From an uncultured Gammaproteobacteria bacterium (GTDB taxonomy: Bacteria; Patescibacteriota; Microgenomatia; Levybacterales; UBA12049): 64,000 nt of DNA. Both the position numbers and the translations under genes were made by a program. Shown here piece after piece: positions 41,565 to 50,708 of the stretch. The stretch is taken from NCBI GenBank assembly GCA_964474445.1, contig CAYYSJ010000001.1, positions 206,530 to 270,529 of the forward strand, in the 5' to 3' direction. How positions within the stretch are numbered: position 1 is the first letter of the stretch; the number at the start of each line of letters is the position of its first letter. The notes beneath the pieces are model-generated. The model made no database searches. It was given only the letters and a program-made list of their open reading frames with translations, and had not been told where the DNA came from.

Positions 41565-42684
41565 AGATTTCATTAAATAATAGATAAAATTTTTCTGCAT
41601 TCTCTTTCAATGAAAAAGAATCCAAAATTACCTTTCGTGCATTTGCCTTAAACTTTTTTTTCAATTTCAACACATCTATCAATAATTCTTTTATTTTATT
41701 ACTTGAAGAATTCTTGTAGATATACCCACTTTGGCCTTGAAGGATTATTTCACTATTTCCTCCCATATTTGAGGCTACGCAAGGAATTCCCATAGCATGA
41801 GCTTCAAGAAGAGAAATCGATAAGCCTTCGTTATGATGACTTGGAAATAGTAAAATGTCGAGTATCCCAAGATATTCTCTCACATCTTGGATAAAACCAG
41901 TAAAGAGGAACTTACTGGATAAGCTCTTTCGTTCTATTTCCTCTTTAGCCCATTCAAGAAGTGGGCCTCCTCCAATAACAATAAATCGGATATTATTCTT
42001 TTCTTTTGTTATAAGTGTTGCAACATCAAGAAAATCTTGTATCCCTTTTTCCTTACTCACTGTGCCAAGATAACCAATTATTGAGCTATTCTGTAAGTGA
42101 AGGCGAGACTTATATCTATATAACACTTTTTCCTCTAAAGGAGCAAAAGTTGTTGTATCTATTCCAACATACACAGTAGCTAACTTTTTATTATCAACAT
42201 GTAGGTCTTTACGTGTTGACTCAGAAACGCAAATTATTTTGTTAACAAAACGTGAGTTCATTCTATATAACCATTTCACTATTAATGCTCTTTGTGTCTG
42301 GAATAGGGGTCCATGCTCAATCCATATAACTTTTCTTTTTAAGATAACAAGTGGTGTTGTTAAAAAAAGTTTTTCATTCATGGATTCAAAGACATACAAA
42401 TCCTGTTTGCCAATCTTTCTAAAAAAGTTCAAATAGCGTAAGTAAAATAACGGCAATTGAGGAATAGCTAATAAAAATTGTTTTTTTGTGCCAATTTCAT
42501 TAATTCCAGGTTTTATAATTTCCACCTGGTTACCCATCTTTTTAACATGTTCTAAAAGTGTTTCATTATCTGAGGAAAAAGTTATATGAAGATCTCTATA
42601 TGTTTTTAATCCAGCGAGTAAATATATATTATATATTTCTGCCCCGCTTATCTTGTTACATATTCTATTAAATAGTATTTTCAT
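41554..42684 (-). CDS. glycosyltransferase family 4
   Basis: GT-B signatures (LLFPSHHNEGLSISLLEAHAMGIPCVAS). Start placed at MKILFNRI. The ORF track extends to 42717. Confidence 0.8.
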   Translation of the reverse strand: MKILFNRICNKISGAEIYNIYLLAGLKTYRDLHITFSSDNETLLEHVKKMGNQVEIIKPGINEIGTKKQFLLAIPQLPLFYLRYLNFFRKIGKQDLYVFESMNEKLFLTTPLVILKRKVIWIEHGPLFQTQRALIVKWLYRMNSRFVNKIICVSESTRKDLHVDNKKLATVYVGIDTTTFAPLEEKVLYRYKSRLHLQNSSIIGYLGTVSKEKGIQDFLDVATLITKEKNNIRFIVIGGGPLLEWAKEEIERKSLSSKFLFTGFIQDVREYLGILDILLFPSHHNEGLSISLLEAHAMGIPCVASNMGGNSEIILQGQSGYIYKNSSSNKIKELLIDVLKLKKKFKANARKVILDSFSLKENAEKFYLLFNEIYEY

Positions 42685-43432
42685 TTTTAATAACTTCCAT
42701 TGCAAAAGCAAGTCCATGGAAAAACGGTATATATCTTCCTAAAATCCTATCTAAATAAACATCCATTACTATAACTGGATACCACAGTATCCTTTTCTCT
42801 TGCCAACCTCCTAATCCTATTTTTATTAATATTCTATTAAACAAATGGAACGCAGGAGAGGTAAAAAAAACTAGCGTCTTTATTTCCATGTTTTTTTCCT
42901 GGAGATGCTTGACTAGCTGCTTGATTTTAATTCCTTCTTCGTTTGGACTTTCTCCTTGGCCTCTATGCAAAGCTTCGTAGAGAGGTTCTCTTAAAAGTAA
43001 TTTCCCGTCATTTTTTAGAATTTGTACCCAACTATCTATGGTTTTATACTGGTTTTGTGAATGATGTAATGCTCCTAAAGAAATAATAATATCTGCATAA
43101 TTTCTCTTAAATTTCACTGATTCCATATCCCCTTGAATAAATTTTCCCGTTGGAACATTTCTTTTTGCAATTGTTAACATATTTTTTGAGATATCAACTC
43201 CTGTGTAACTGAGATGTTTCATTAATGTAATTGGAATGATATGTTTGATCAAAATAGAAGGTCCACATCCAAAGTCAATAATAACTTTTCGAGGTAAAAA
43301 ATATTCATTTTTAAAAAGAAATAGCTTTGTGGGCACTTCCCAGATATAATCTTTCTCTCCTCTTTTTGCATATTCGGAGGCTTCCTTATCATGGTGATGC
43401 ATTTCTTCATTTATAAACTTCGAATTTTTCAT
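42668..43432 (-). CDS. class I SAM-dependent methyltransferase
   Basis: Motif I VIIDFGCGPS plus post-I acidic and motif II regions. Confidence 0.7.
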   Translation of the reverse strand: MKNSKFINEEMHHHDKEASEYAKRGEKDYIWEVPTKLFLFKNEYFLPRKVIIDFGCGPSILIKHIIPITLMKHLSYTGVDISKNMLTIAKRNVPTGKFIQGDMESVKFKRNYADIIISLGALHHSQNQYKTIDSWVQILKNDGKLLLREPLYEALHRGQGESPNEEGIKIKQLVKHLQEKNMEIKTLVFFTSPAFHLFNRILIKIGLGGWQEKRILWYPVIVMDVYLDRILGRYIPFFHGLAFAMEVIKNENTI

Positions 43433-43433
43433 A

Positions 43434-44639
43434 TCAAGTTACATTTAGCACGCTTTTTACTAGAAATGACGAAAACGTTCTCATTTGTATATTCAATCTA
43501 TATTTTGTGTACCTCATCCAAAAGAGCAATGTTTTAATCGTAAATCCTTGGTTTCTGATATTCCAGGGATTGTTTAGAGTTTCCTGATTTCTTTTATTAT
43601 AACTATTTATTTTAACAAAATTTAGGTTGTGATTTATATCTATCTCTGCAATGTGGTTTTGCCAAAAAAAAGGGATTTCATCGAGTGTAATTTTTAAGTC
43701 AGTCCCGTAAAGTTCGTCTCTAAACCGATACCTTTTCGCACACGGATTTATGTTAAGCCATCCCTCTCTGTATTTAGCATAGCCATACGAAATTTTTATG
43801 GTATTCTCAAAAAATCCCTTTGGAATAAGTAATGGAGGAATTTGATCTGTTTGTATTTCATTGGGTTGTCCCAACATATGCTCATAACTATCAAAATGAG
43901 CACAAATCTCTTTTTTAGGAACAATGATAACATGATCACGTACTGTTACGCTTTTCCTAACATCCTCAGCACGAATGATCCTCTTATCTAACATATCTGC
44001 AGAGGTAAACCACGTCTTGAAGAGATTACGTGGTACTATCTGCACCGAAGTAAAATCACCCTTTAGAGAAAGATACACTCTAGATTTTTTATTGTCATCC
44101 AAAAGCATAGTATCTCTTCCCTCCAAAAAATTCTCTGGATTTCCTTTCACTGGTAAATTGATAAATGTAGTGTAATGAGAATACATAATAGAAGCATATG
44201 GGTATTTTTTCATCCATTTTTGTGCTGTACGTATAAGCATATCCAAGTATGTGGCAACATGTGGATCGGGAGAGACAATTGGGTGATCGTTATTGGGAGC
44301 ATAGAATATCCAATCATCTTCAAACTTTTCAAGCATTTTTACTGATTTTATGTATTCCTTTTGAGAGTCACTCCTCCTGTGCATAATTTTTGCCTTTGGA
44401 AAAAGTGATTTTATATATTTGTCAAATTCTTTATATTTTTTGACATCATCTAATTCATAACGGATAAGCACGTGTGACCATAGGTATACTGCATAACTTG
44501 CTAACGTATATTTTGCTATATCAATTTTCTTTGGCATTTTATAGGCATCACATGTATTACGAATGTTGTTTTTTAGTTGTTTTTGTGTCTTTGGCAATAG
44601 GGGGATGTCTGTAATAAAACTATCAAAATATAAAATCAT
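43434..44639 (-). CDS. hypothetical protein (401 aa) inside the glycan cluster
   Basis: Soluble, Lys/Tyr/Phe-rich. No recognisable motif. Translationally coupled to flanking genes. Confidence 0.5.
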   Translation of the reverse strand: MILYFDSFITDIPLLPKTQKQLKNNIRNTCDAYKMPKKIDIAKYTLASYAVYLWSHVLIRYELDDVKKYKEFDKYIKSLFPKAKIMHRRSDSQKEYIKSVKMLEKFEDDWIFYAPNNDHPIVSPDPHVATYLDMLIRTAQKWMKKYPYASIMYSHYTTFINLPVKGNPENFLEGRDTMLLDDNKKSRVYLSLKGDFTSVQIVPRNLFKTWFTSADMLDKRIIRAEDVRKSVTVRDHVIIVPKKEICAHFDSYEHMLGQPNEIQTDQIPPLLIPKGFFENTIKISYGYAKYREGWLNINPCAKRYRFRDELYGTDLKITLDEIPFFWQNHIAEIDINHNLNFVKINSYNKRNQETLNNPWNIRNQGFTIKTLLFWMRYTKYRLNIQMRTFSSFLVKSVLNVT

Positions 44640-44643
44640 ATGA

Positions 44644-45711
44644 TTACTCCAATGTATGAATGTTCAGTAACTCCTCAGGAGTTCCCATAACAATATTCTT
44701 AGTAACTAAAACAATTTTTATTCTTTTCCCCTGTTGAATTAATTGGTTATACAAAGGTGCAACATAAAATTCCCCATTAAACGTCTGATCTTTTTGTATC
44801 ATTGTTTCTGCTGCATTAACAAAATCTAGACCTCTTTTAAAATAGTACATACCTGTCGTTGCTAGATTTGAGATAACTTTTTTCTCTGCGGTCTCGCTAA
44901 CATAACCAAATTTATCTACTTTTGCATAACTATATCGAGGATGGTCTGCCATAAAACATGTTAAAATTCCATCTGGGTCCTCACCTTCAACCATTTCCCA
45001 AAGAGGCGACAAAGAATAGGTATCACAGTTATAAATAATTAATTTGTTGTGATTATTAATATAGTCTTTTGCAACTAAGCATGTTTCTGCCTGTCCCCGC
45101 GTTCTTTTTTCTACAACATGCACTTTTGTATGAGAAGGAAAGAGCTTGTTTAACTTCCGTTCCAAATCATATGCTTCAACATCCTCTCTCGCAACAATGA
45201 AGAATATTTCATAGTTTTCTATCTTACTTAAAAAATCAAATGATTTCATTGCCCACTCAATCATTGTCTTTCCTTGAACCTGAATGAGAGGTTTTGGGAT
45301 ATGAAACCCTGCATTTTTGAACCGTGATCCAAGACCGGCCATCGGAATAAGGATATTCAATTTCTCACTATTAAACATGTTCTTCTCGATTTGTTCCCAC
45401 CCTGAAAATTTTTGTCCTAAATCATCAAGATAGACGTCCCCATAAGGTTTGCCAAAGTAAATCTCATCATAGGGCACTTTGTGTTTTTTTAGCCAAGTAA
45501 GTGTCACCCCTTTTATCCTCCTTTCAACTTCTTCCCTGTCCCCATTACATGTTTTCATATGTCTTGAGGTATAAATAATGATCGTATGTCCCATTTTTTT
45601 GAGAGATTTTAATTTCTCAAGAGCCCCAGGAAGCATTGTAACGTTACTATACTCCTGATTATTTTTTCTTATTTCACAAATTGTCCCATCTAAATCTATA
45701 ACAATTCTCAT
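44644..45711 (-). CDS. bifunctional HAD-like phosphatase / sugar-phosphate nucleotidyltransferase
   Basis: N-terminal IVIDLDGTICE (HAD DxDGT). C-terminal LNILIPMAGLGSRFKNAGFHIPKPLI (GT-A-like nucleotidyltransferase G-x-G-x-R motif). Confidence 0.65.
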   Translation of the reverse strand: MRIVIDLDGTICEIRKNNQEYSNVTMLPGALEKLKSLKKMGHTIIIYTSRHMKTCNGDREEVERRIKGVTLTWLKKHKVPYDEIYFGKPYGDVYLDDLGQKFSGWEQIEKNMFNSEKLNILIPMAGLGSRFKNAGFHIPKPLIQVQGKTMIEWAMKSFDFLSKIENYEIFFIVAREDVEAYDLERKLNKLFPSHTKVHVVEKRTRGQAETCLVAKDYINNHNKLIIYNCDTYSLSPLWEMVEGEDPDGILTCFMADHPRYSYAKVDKFGYVSETAEKKVISNLATTGMYYFKRGLDFVNAAETMIQKDQTFNGEFYVAPLYNQLIQQGKRIKIVLVTKNIVMGTPEELLNIHTLE

Positions 45712-47342
45712 AGAAAGTTCTCCTGTAATAGTTGTAATGCTCTACAATACATAGCCAATTGATGTTTTCTATTATCACTATGCAATGGAATCATTGAAAG
45801 AAATAAAAGACTTTCTATCATTTTTACTTTTTCAAGACTGAATCCATTTTTGATAAGTGCTTGGTCAAAATAACTACTTATTTCAGTATGAATATCTTCA
45901 TTATAAATAGTAAAAGTAAATTCATTCTCCTTATATTGTAATTCAAATAAGTTAGATTTTATAAAGTCATATTTTCCTGAAAAGCTATGGCGTAGTTTAG
46001 CTACATCATACTTTATGTCTCCATATACACCAGTTTGTCCAAATCTTCCTCCGGGATCAATAAATTTAAAAATGCGGCTTGATGGATCAAATAGAATATT
46101 GCTCAAACATAAATCACCATGAATAAATGTCATTTCACCAGTTTGATAAAGCTTTTTAATATAGTCATTTATTTTCTCCATATAAACGGAGACATTGTTA
46201 TACGCTTTTCCATTTATTGTTATGGTTTTTTGATCCAAAAGCTTCTTCCAGAATATGTCCTCACGCAGAACTTCTAGTCTTTTTTGTGTCTTGTTGATAT
46301 ACATTTCTTCATACATTACATAGGGAATCTTTGTCTTATACTTTTTAAAAAGACTGAGTATAGTAAATAACCGAGCAATAATCATTTTCCACACTCGTAA
46401 ATCTAAGGAGTTAAAAACAAATAACTCTGAGAGCGCGGGATATCCATAAAATTCGTTCGAATACTGTACGATATCTTTTCCAGTTTGGTAATCGATTAGG
46501 CGAGGTGAAAAAATTTGCAGCTCATGAGGAGTATTTATATACCAATTAATTTCTTGAAAAAGTTTTTCTTTATTTTTCCCTGACTTTGTTACATACCCAT
46601 AAAGGTCATTATAATCAATCTTATTGAATTTTCGTAATTTAAGAAAATCTATCTTAGCCTTATAGAAGTTTTCTATATTCCCACAATCATACCATTTTTC
46701 TGCTTGGACTAATTGAAAGTCATATTTTTTTACATATGCTTCTAAAATATCTTTTACCTCAAAATTATGAGAGTTTTCTAGCTTCTGCAAGACTGTATGG
46801 AAGTACTTTGCATCATGAAAATAATATAACCCACTTAAGATAGAACCATTCCCTTTATACATTTTAGGTTTATTAATAAATGTCAATTGTTTATCTTTCG
46901 TCTCAACAAAACACCATTTTTCTGGCTCCTCATAGATTTTTGACATGACAAGAAAGCTATGTTTAAAAGTAAGCTTTCCTTTATAAATCGTATCTCCTAG
47001 ATAAATTAATGTTGAGTCTGCAGTAGTTTTTACTTTACTTGCCAAGAAAAGTGAATGTCCTATCCCTTTTTCTGGATTTGTATTATAAACGACGGTAATG
47101 GTAGGTTTATTCCCAAATTTTTTCGTTATATAGCCTTCTGTTACTGTATCTGAAGCGCTTAAAACAACGGTAATATGTGTAATGTTTCTTTGAAAAAGAT
47201 CTTCAATGATATAACCTATAACCGGCTGTCCGTTAATAGGGATCATCGTATCTGGCAATGATACATTAGAAATTATTTTATTTGTTGGACTGCCTGCTGC
47301 TGGGATAATGGCATGAATATCTCTTTTTTTTTGGTAACTCAT
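45708..47342 (-). CDS. bifunctional nucleotidyltransferase / APH-ChoK-family kinase
   Basis: N-terminal AIIPAAGSPTNK...NGQPVIGY (nucleotidyltransferase). C-terminal IHGDLCLSNILFD...FIDPG (Brenner/APH catalytic loop HGD.....N and DxG). Confidence 0.65.
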   Translation of the reverse strand: MSYQKKRDIHAIIPAAGSPTNKIISNVSLPDTMIPINGQPVIGYIIEDLFQRNITHITVVLSASDTVTEGYITKKFGNKPTITVVYNTNPEKGIGHSLFLASKVKTTADSTLIYLGDTIYKGKLTFKHSFLVMSKIYEEPEKWCFVETKDKQLTFINKPKMYKGNGSILSGLYYFHDAKYFHTVLQKLENSHNFEVKDILEAYVKKYDFQLVQAEKWYDCGNIENFYKAKIDFLKLRKFNKIDYNDLYGYVTKSGKNKEKLFQEINWYINTPHELQIFSPRLIDYQTGKDIVQYSNEFYGYPALSELFVFNSLDLRVWKMIIARLFTILSLFKKYKTKIPYVMYEEMYINKTQKRLEVLREDIFWKKLLDQKTITINGKAYNNVSVYMEKINDYIKKLYQTGEMTFIHGDLCLSNILFDPSSRIFKFIDPGGRFGQTGVYGDIKYDVAKLRHSFSGKYDFIKSNLFELQYKENEFTFTIYNEDIHTEISSYFDQALIKNGFSLEKVKMIESLLFLSMIPLHSDNRKHQLAMYCRALQLLQENFL

Positions 47343-47373
47343 AACAAAGATGGACAGAAGGACAATTATTGCT

Positions 47374-48627
47374 TTACAGGTACTTTTCCTTAGAAAATGC
47401 TATTAGCATTATACTATATAGTGTAAAGAGAAGTGCACTTATTACAGTAATATAGGATGCTCCAATAAATCCATAGATAGGAATAAAATAGAAGTTAAGA
47501 AGAATATTTGCTACCAGTGATAGTACTATACCTATAAAAACTACTTTATTTTCTCTTTTCGCAAAGAAAAAGTCAGAAAATAAATTGTTAACGAAAAGAA
47601 AAGGAATGGCAAAAACCAAAATTTGGAGTGCTGGTATACTTGCATGAAATAGTTTGCCCCCAAAAATACTAATAATAAAAGGCGCAAAGAGAACACCACC
47701 GAGTATCATAGGAAGAGAAAGTAGTAATGCAACGTAGACTGAATTCTTGAGTAGTTTTCTTATTTGTTGTATTCCTCCTTCTCCAATAAATTTAGCAAGG
47801 AGTGGATATACTGAGGCCATGTAAAATCCCCACACCATTAAAATATTTTCCAGCACCTTATAAGGAAGACTGTACAAACCTACTTCTGTAGAATTTTTCA
47901 TCACAGATAACATAATGGTATCGACTTTAAAATATGCTAGACCGAGAAAGGAGGTAATGCCAATTGGCATACTCATAATAAGTATGTTTTTTATTTTGTC
48001 CCCATTATAAGTAAAATAGATTGTATCCCTTACGAGGTATGTTGTAAGACCTAACCCAACAAGATTACCTATCAAAACAGTTGCAATAATCGCGTATAAA
48101 TTATATTTCAGGAATACAAAAAGAATAATAAAACCTACAGTACTTATTTTTGTAATAACATCAACTAACGTGACCAGATCAAGCCGGATGCGTGACTGGA
48201 AAATTATAGTGCCATATGTTGTTAAACCTGAAACGGCAACAGCAAGGATAGCAATATAAATACTGAACGTAACAGACTGAGCGTAGGGAAAGAATAATAA
48301 TGAAATAAAAGCCAAAAGAGATGCAATGATAATCAGAACTATCTTGAGTAAAAGAAAACTGCCATATTGCTCTTTACCATGTTCAGCTTGAGAAAATTCT
48401 CTTACCATTGCTGTTTGTAAGCCAAAATCTGCAATAACCGAAAAAAAGGAGACAAATGTAAATGCAAGAGTAAACGTTCCATACCCGCTGGAACCTAAAT
48501 ATCGAGTAAGGAGTAACACTGTAAAAATGCCCAAACCAGCCGATATCACCTTTCCTGCACTTTGAACAAGTGTATTGATACCGACCTTTAAAAAGATTTT
48601 ATTCATCCCCTTCATATCTATAAGCAT
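47374..48627 (-). CDS. Wzx-like polysaccharide/oligosaccharide flippase (MOP superfamily)
   Basis: 417 aa, about 12-14 TM helices. N-terminal Wzx-like region (NTLVQSAGKVISAGLGIFTVLLLTRYLG). Confidence 0.7.
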   Translation of the reverse strand: MLIDMKGMNKIFLKVGINTLVQSAGKVISAGLGIFTVLLLTRYLGSSGYGTFTLAFTFVSFFSVIADFGLQTAMVREFSQAEHGKEQYGSFLLLKIVLIIIASLLAFISLLFFPYAQSVTFSIYIAILAVAVSGLTTYGTIIFQSRIRLDLVTLVDVITKISTVGFIILFVFLKYNLYAIIATVLIGNLVGLGLTTYLVRDTIYFTYNGDKIKNILIMSMPIGITSFLGLAYFKVDTIMLSVMKNSTEVGLYSLPYKVLENILMVWGFYMASVYPLLAKFIGEGGIQQIRKLLKNSVYVALLLSLPMILGGVLFAPFIISIFGGKLFHASIPALQILVFAIPFLFVNNLFSDFFFAKRENKVVFIGIVLSLVANILLNFYFIPIYGFIGASYITVISALLFTLYSIMLIAFSKEKYL

Positions 48628-48690
48628 GCTAAGTTTAACAATTTACAGATCTTCTGACAAATAGAGAAAAACTCTCACTTACTGTACTCA

Positions 48691-49857
48691 CTAAAAGGAT
48701 ACCTTTTTTAGGGTTTGAGATCTGTTAATAACTAATAAATAGATATTCATAAAATAGAGAATGAGAGCTCCGTAAAAAACATGGGATTGAAAAAGGACAG
48801 GAACTACAGAAGGAACTTTCAAATTAATAGATATGAGCAAATAGCTTATTCCAAGAGGGATATAATGCTTCAAAGAGAATCTATGGCTTCTGAGATAGTC
48901 AAAAATTACTAAAAAAGGAAGAAAAAGCCATACAAAATGATGCTGCCAAGAAAACGTATTGATGATAAGGCTGATCGTCATGAGTAGACTTATTGAAAGA
49001 AGTCGAGAGGTGTCACTTCTTCTCCCATATTTCCATACAGCAAAGAGCCCGCTAAGGAATATACTTACTGCCAAAATAGTTCTCAGCACTTCTCTCAAAG
49101 AAAGAGAAGCTATTCCCCTTACTAAGAATCCAGACAGAGCCTGGTTATAGTAGTCTCCTTTCCAGGAGGACATAAGTCCTGGTAAAACTATTTTTAAATA
49201 GTGCAAAGTAATTGGAGCTGGGACAACAATGATTACTATGCCAGTCATAATTGCTAATGTAACTACTAAGGATAATAGGATTTTCCACTGTTTATCAAAA
49301 AGAAGATATACAAGAAATATTATTGGAGTTAACTTAAGTAAAATGGCGATCGCAAGAAAAAAGCCTGCCAAATACTTTTTCTTTTTTATATAACAATAGA
49401 CAAAACTAATAACAAAAAGCAAAATAATGTTATTAATTTGTCCCATACCAAGAGTAAATTTCTCTGGGAAAAAATTGAAAAGCAATATGAGGAGAATAAC
49501 TCCTATTGTGCTTAAAACGTTGATTTTAAAGAGCCTAAAAAGAAAAGTAATTGAAACAAATATACTAACAATGGAAATAACAGTATAGATTTTCTCAGCA
49601 ATAACAAATGGAAAAAGAATAAAAGGAAAAAAGAAAAGCAAAACAAATGGAGGATACACATAGGGCGTGAAATATCCTTTTCCGCCCAAATAAGGGTTAT
49701 TATGGTGTAAAATAGTCCAAGGACCGTAGTAATAGCTACTAAAATCAGGATAATAGTCTAACAAAAGAGGTTTGAGAAATAATACAAGTGAAATCAAAAA
49801 CAAAGTAATAAGAAGGATTTTGAACAATGTTGAATACCAAATTTTATCTGCTTTCAC
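48691..49857 (-). CDS. polytopic membrane protein (388 aa), possible Wzy-type polymerase or membrane glycosyltransferase (DUF2029-like)
   Basis: Highly hydrophobic with many TM helices. Last gene before tRNA-Val. No diagnostic motif. Confidence 0.4.
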   Translation of the reverse strand: MKADKIWYSTLFKILLITLFLISLVLFLKPLLLDYYPDFSSYYYGPWTILHHNNPYLGGKGYFTPYVYPPFVLLFFFPFILFPFVIAEKIYTVISIVSIFVSITFLFRLFKINVLSTIGVILLILLFNFFPEKFTLGMGQINNIILLFVISFVYCYIKKKKYLAGFFLAIAILLKLTPIIFLVYLLFDKQWKILLSLVVTLAIMTGIVIIVVPAPITLHYLKIVLPGLMSSWKGDYYNQALSGFLVRGIASLSLREVLRTILAVSIFLSGLFAVWKYGRRSDTSRLLSISLLMTISLIINTFSWQHHFVWLFLPFLVIFDYLRSHRFSLKHYIPLGISYLLISINLKVPSVVPVLFQSHVFYGALILYFMNIYLLVINRSQTLKKVSF

Positions 49858-49905
49858 TTTTTGATCATAGCAGATATAAGAAGGTAAAATGAAATCTTGA
49901 GTTTG

Positions 49906-49979
49906 TGGACCTGAGAGGACTCGAACCTCTGACCTTTCGAATGTGAATCGAACGCTCTAACCAACTGAGCTACAGATCC
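49906..49979 (-). tRNA. tRNA-Val (anticodon CAC), CCA not encoded
   Basis: Reverse complement folds into a cloverleaf. Acceptor GGATCTG/CAGGTCC (one G-U pair). D-arm GCTC-AGTTGGTTA-GAGC. Anticodon arm TTCGA-TTCACAT-TCGAA. T-arm AGAGG-TTCGAGT-CCTCT. Confidence 0.8.
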
Positions 49980-50049
49980 GAATACACACCATTCTACTAC
50001 AATTTCCGATCGTTGACAAAGATTAGCAGATTGGAGACAATGGGGATAC

Positions 50050-50613
50050 ATGTTTATACTCCGAAAAGTCTATACATTTCTAGTTGATACCATTCAAAGC
50101 ATTCTTATTGCTGCATCTGTTTTTTTGGTTATCTACATTTTTCTTTTCCGCCCCTTTGAAGTCAATGGCCAGTCCATGTACCCTAACTTTCATGATAGAG
50201 AGTATGTTCTTACTAATCTGATAACACTTCGATTTGGCCCACCAACAAGAGGTGATGTGATTGTTTTTAAAGCCCCACCTGACCCAGAGAAAGATTTTAT
50301 TAAACGCGTCATAGGGCTTCCAGGAGACACTGTTATGGTAAAAAACGGGAATGTGTATGTAAATAACCAGGTGTATGACGAAAGTAGTTATCTGAATTCC
50401 GATGTGAAGACATACGGTGGAGCATTTCTAAAGGACGGCGATACTGTAACGGTACCAACTGGTGCATATTTTGTTATGGGAGACAACAGACCCTACAGCT
50501 CTGACTCACGAGAATGGGGTTTTGTTCCTGCAGGAAATATTATTGGCAAATCATTTCTTGTCTATTGGCCACTGAATGAAGTACGAGCAGTTTCGAATCC
50601 TCTAAAAAGGTAA
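50050..50613 (+). CDS. lepB: signal peptidase I (S26 family)
   Basis: N-terminal TM anchor. Ser box (YVNGQSMYPN). Lys box and GDNRPYSSDSREWGFV C-terminal motif. Confidence 0.88.
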   Translation: MFILRKVYTFLVDTIQSILIAASVFLVIYIFLFRPFEVNGQSMYPNFHDREYVLTNLITLRFGPPTRGDVIVFKAPPDPEKDFIKRVIGLPGDTVMVKNGNVYVNNQVYDESSYLNSDVKTYGGAFLKDGDTVTVPTGAYFVMGDNRPYSSDSREWGFVPAGNIIGKSFLVYWPLNEVRAVSNPLKR

Positions 50614-50708
50614 ATATACTGAAATCTTTCACCTTATACCACCAATAAAATTAAAAATAGAAGCAGGAGAAATGGTAGGTGTGGCGGTTTCAAGCTCGAA
50701 AAGGAGAA

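Noticed and set aside
25908-49979. Interpretation of the tRNA-flanked island as an integrative mobile element
   Set aside because: There is no integrase, no excisionase, and no duplicated tRNA 3' end (att) that I could detect. I treat it as a variable glycan locus at a tRNA hotspot rather than an active mobile element.
49854-50051. 65-aa ORF on the minus strand overlapping tRNA-Val
   Set aside because: It is entirely superimposed on a well-folded tRNA gene and the lepB promoter region, so I read it as a spurious ORF.
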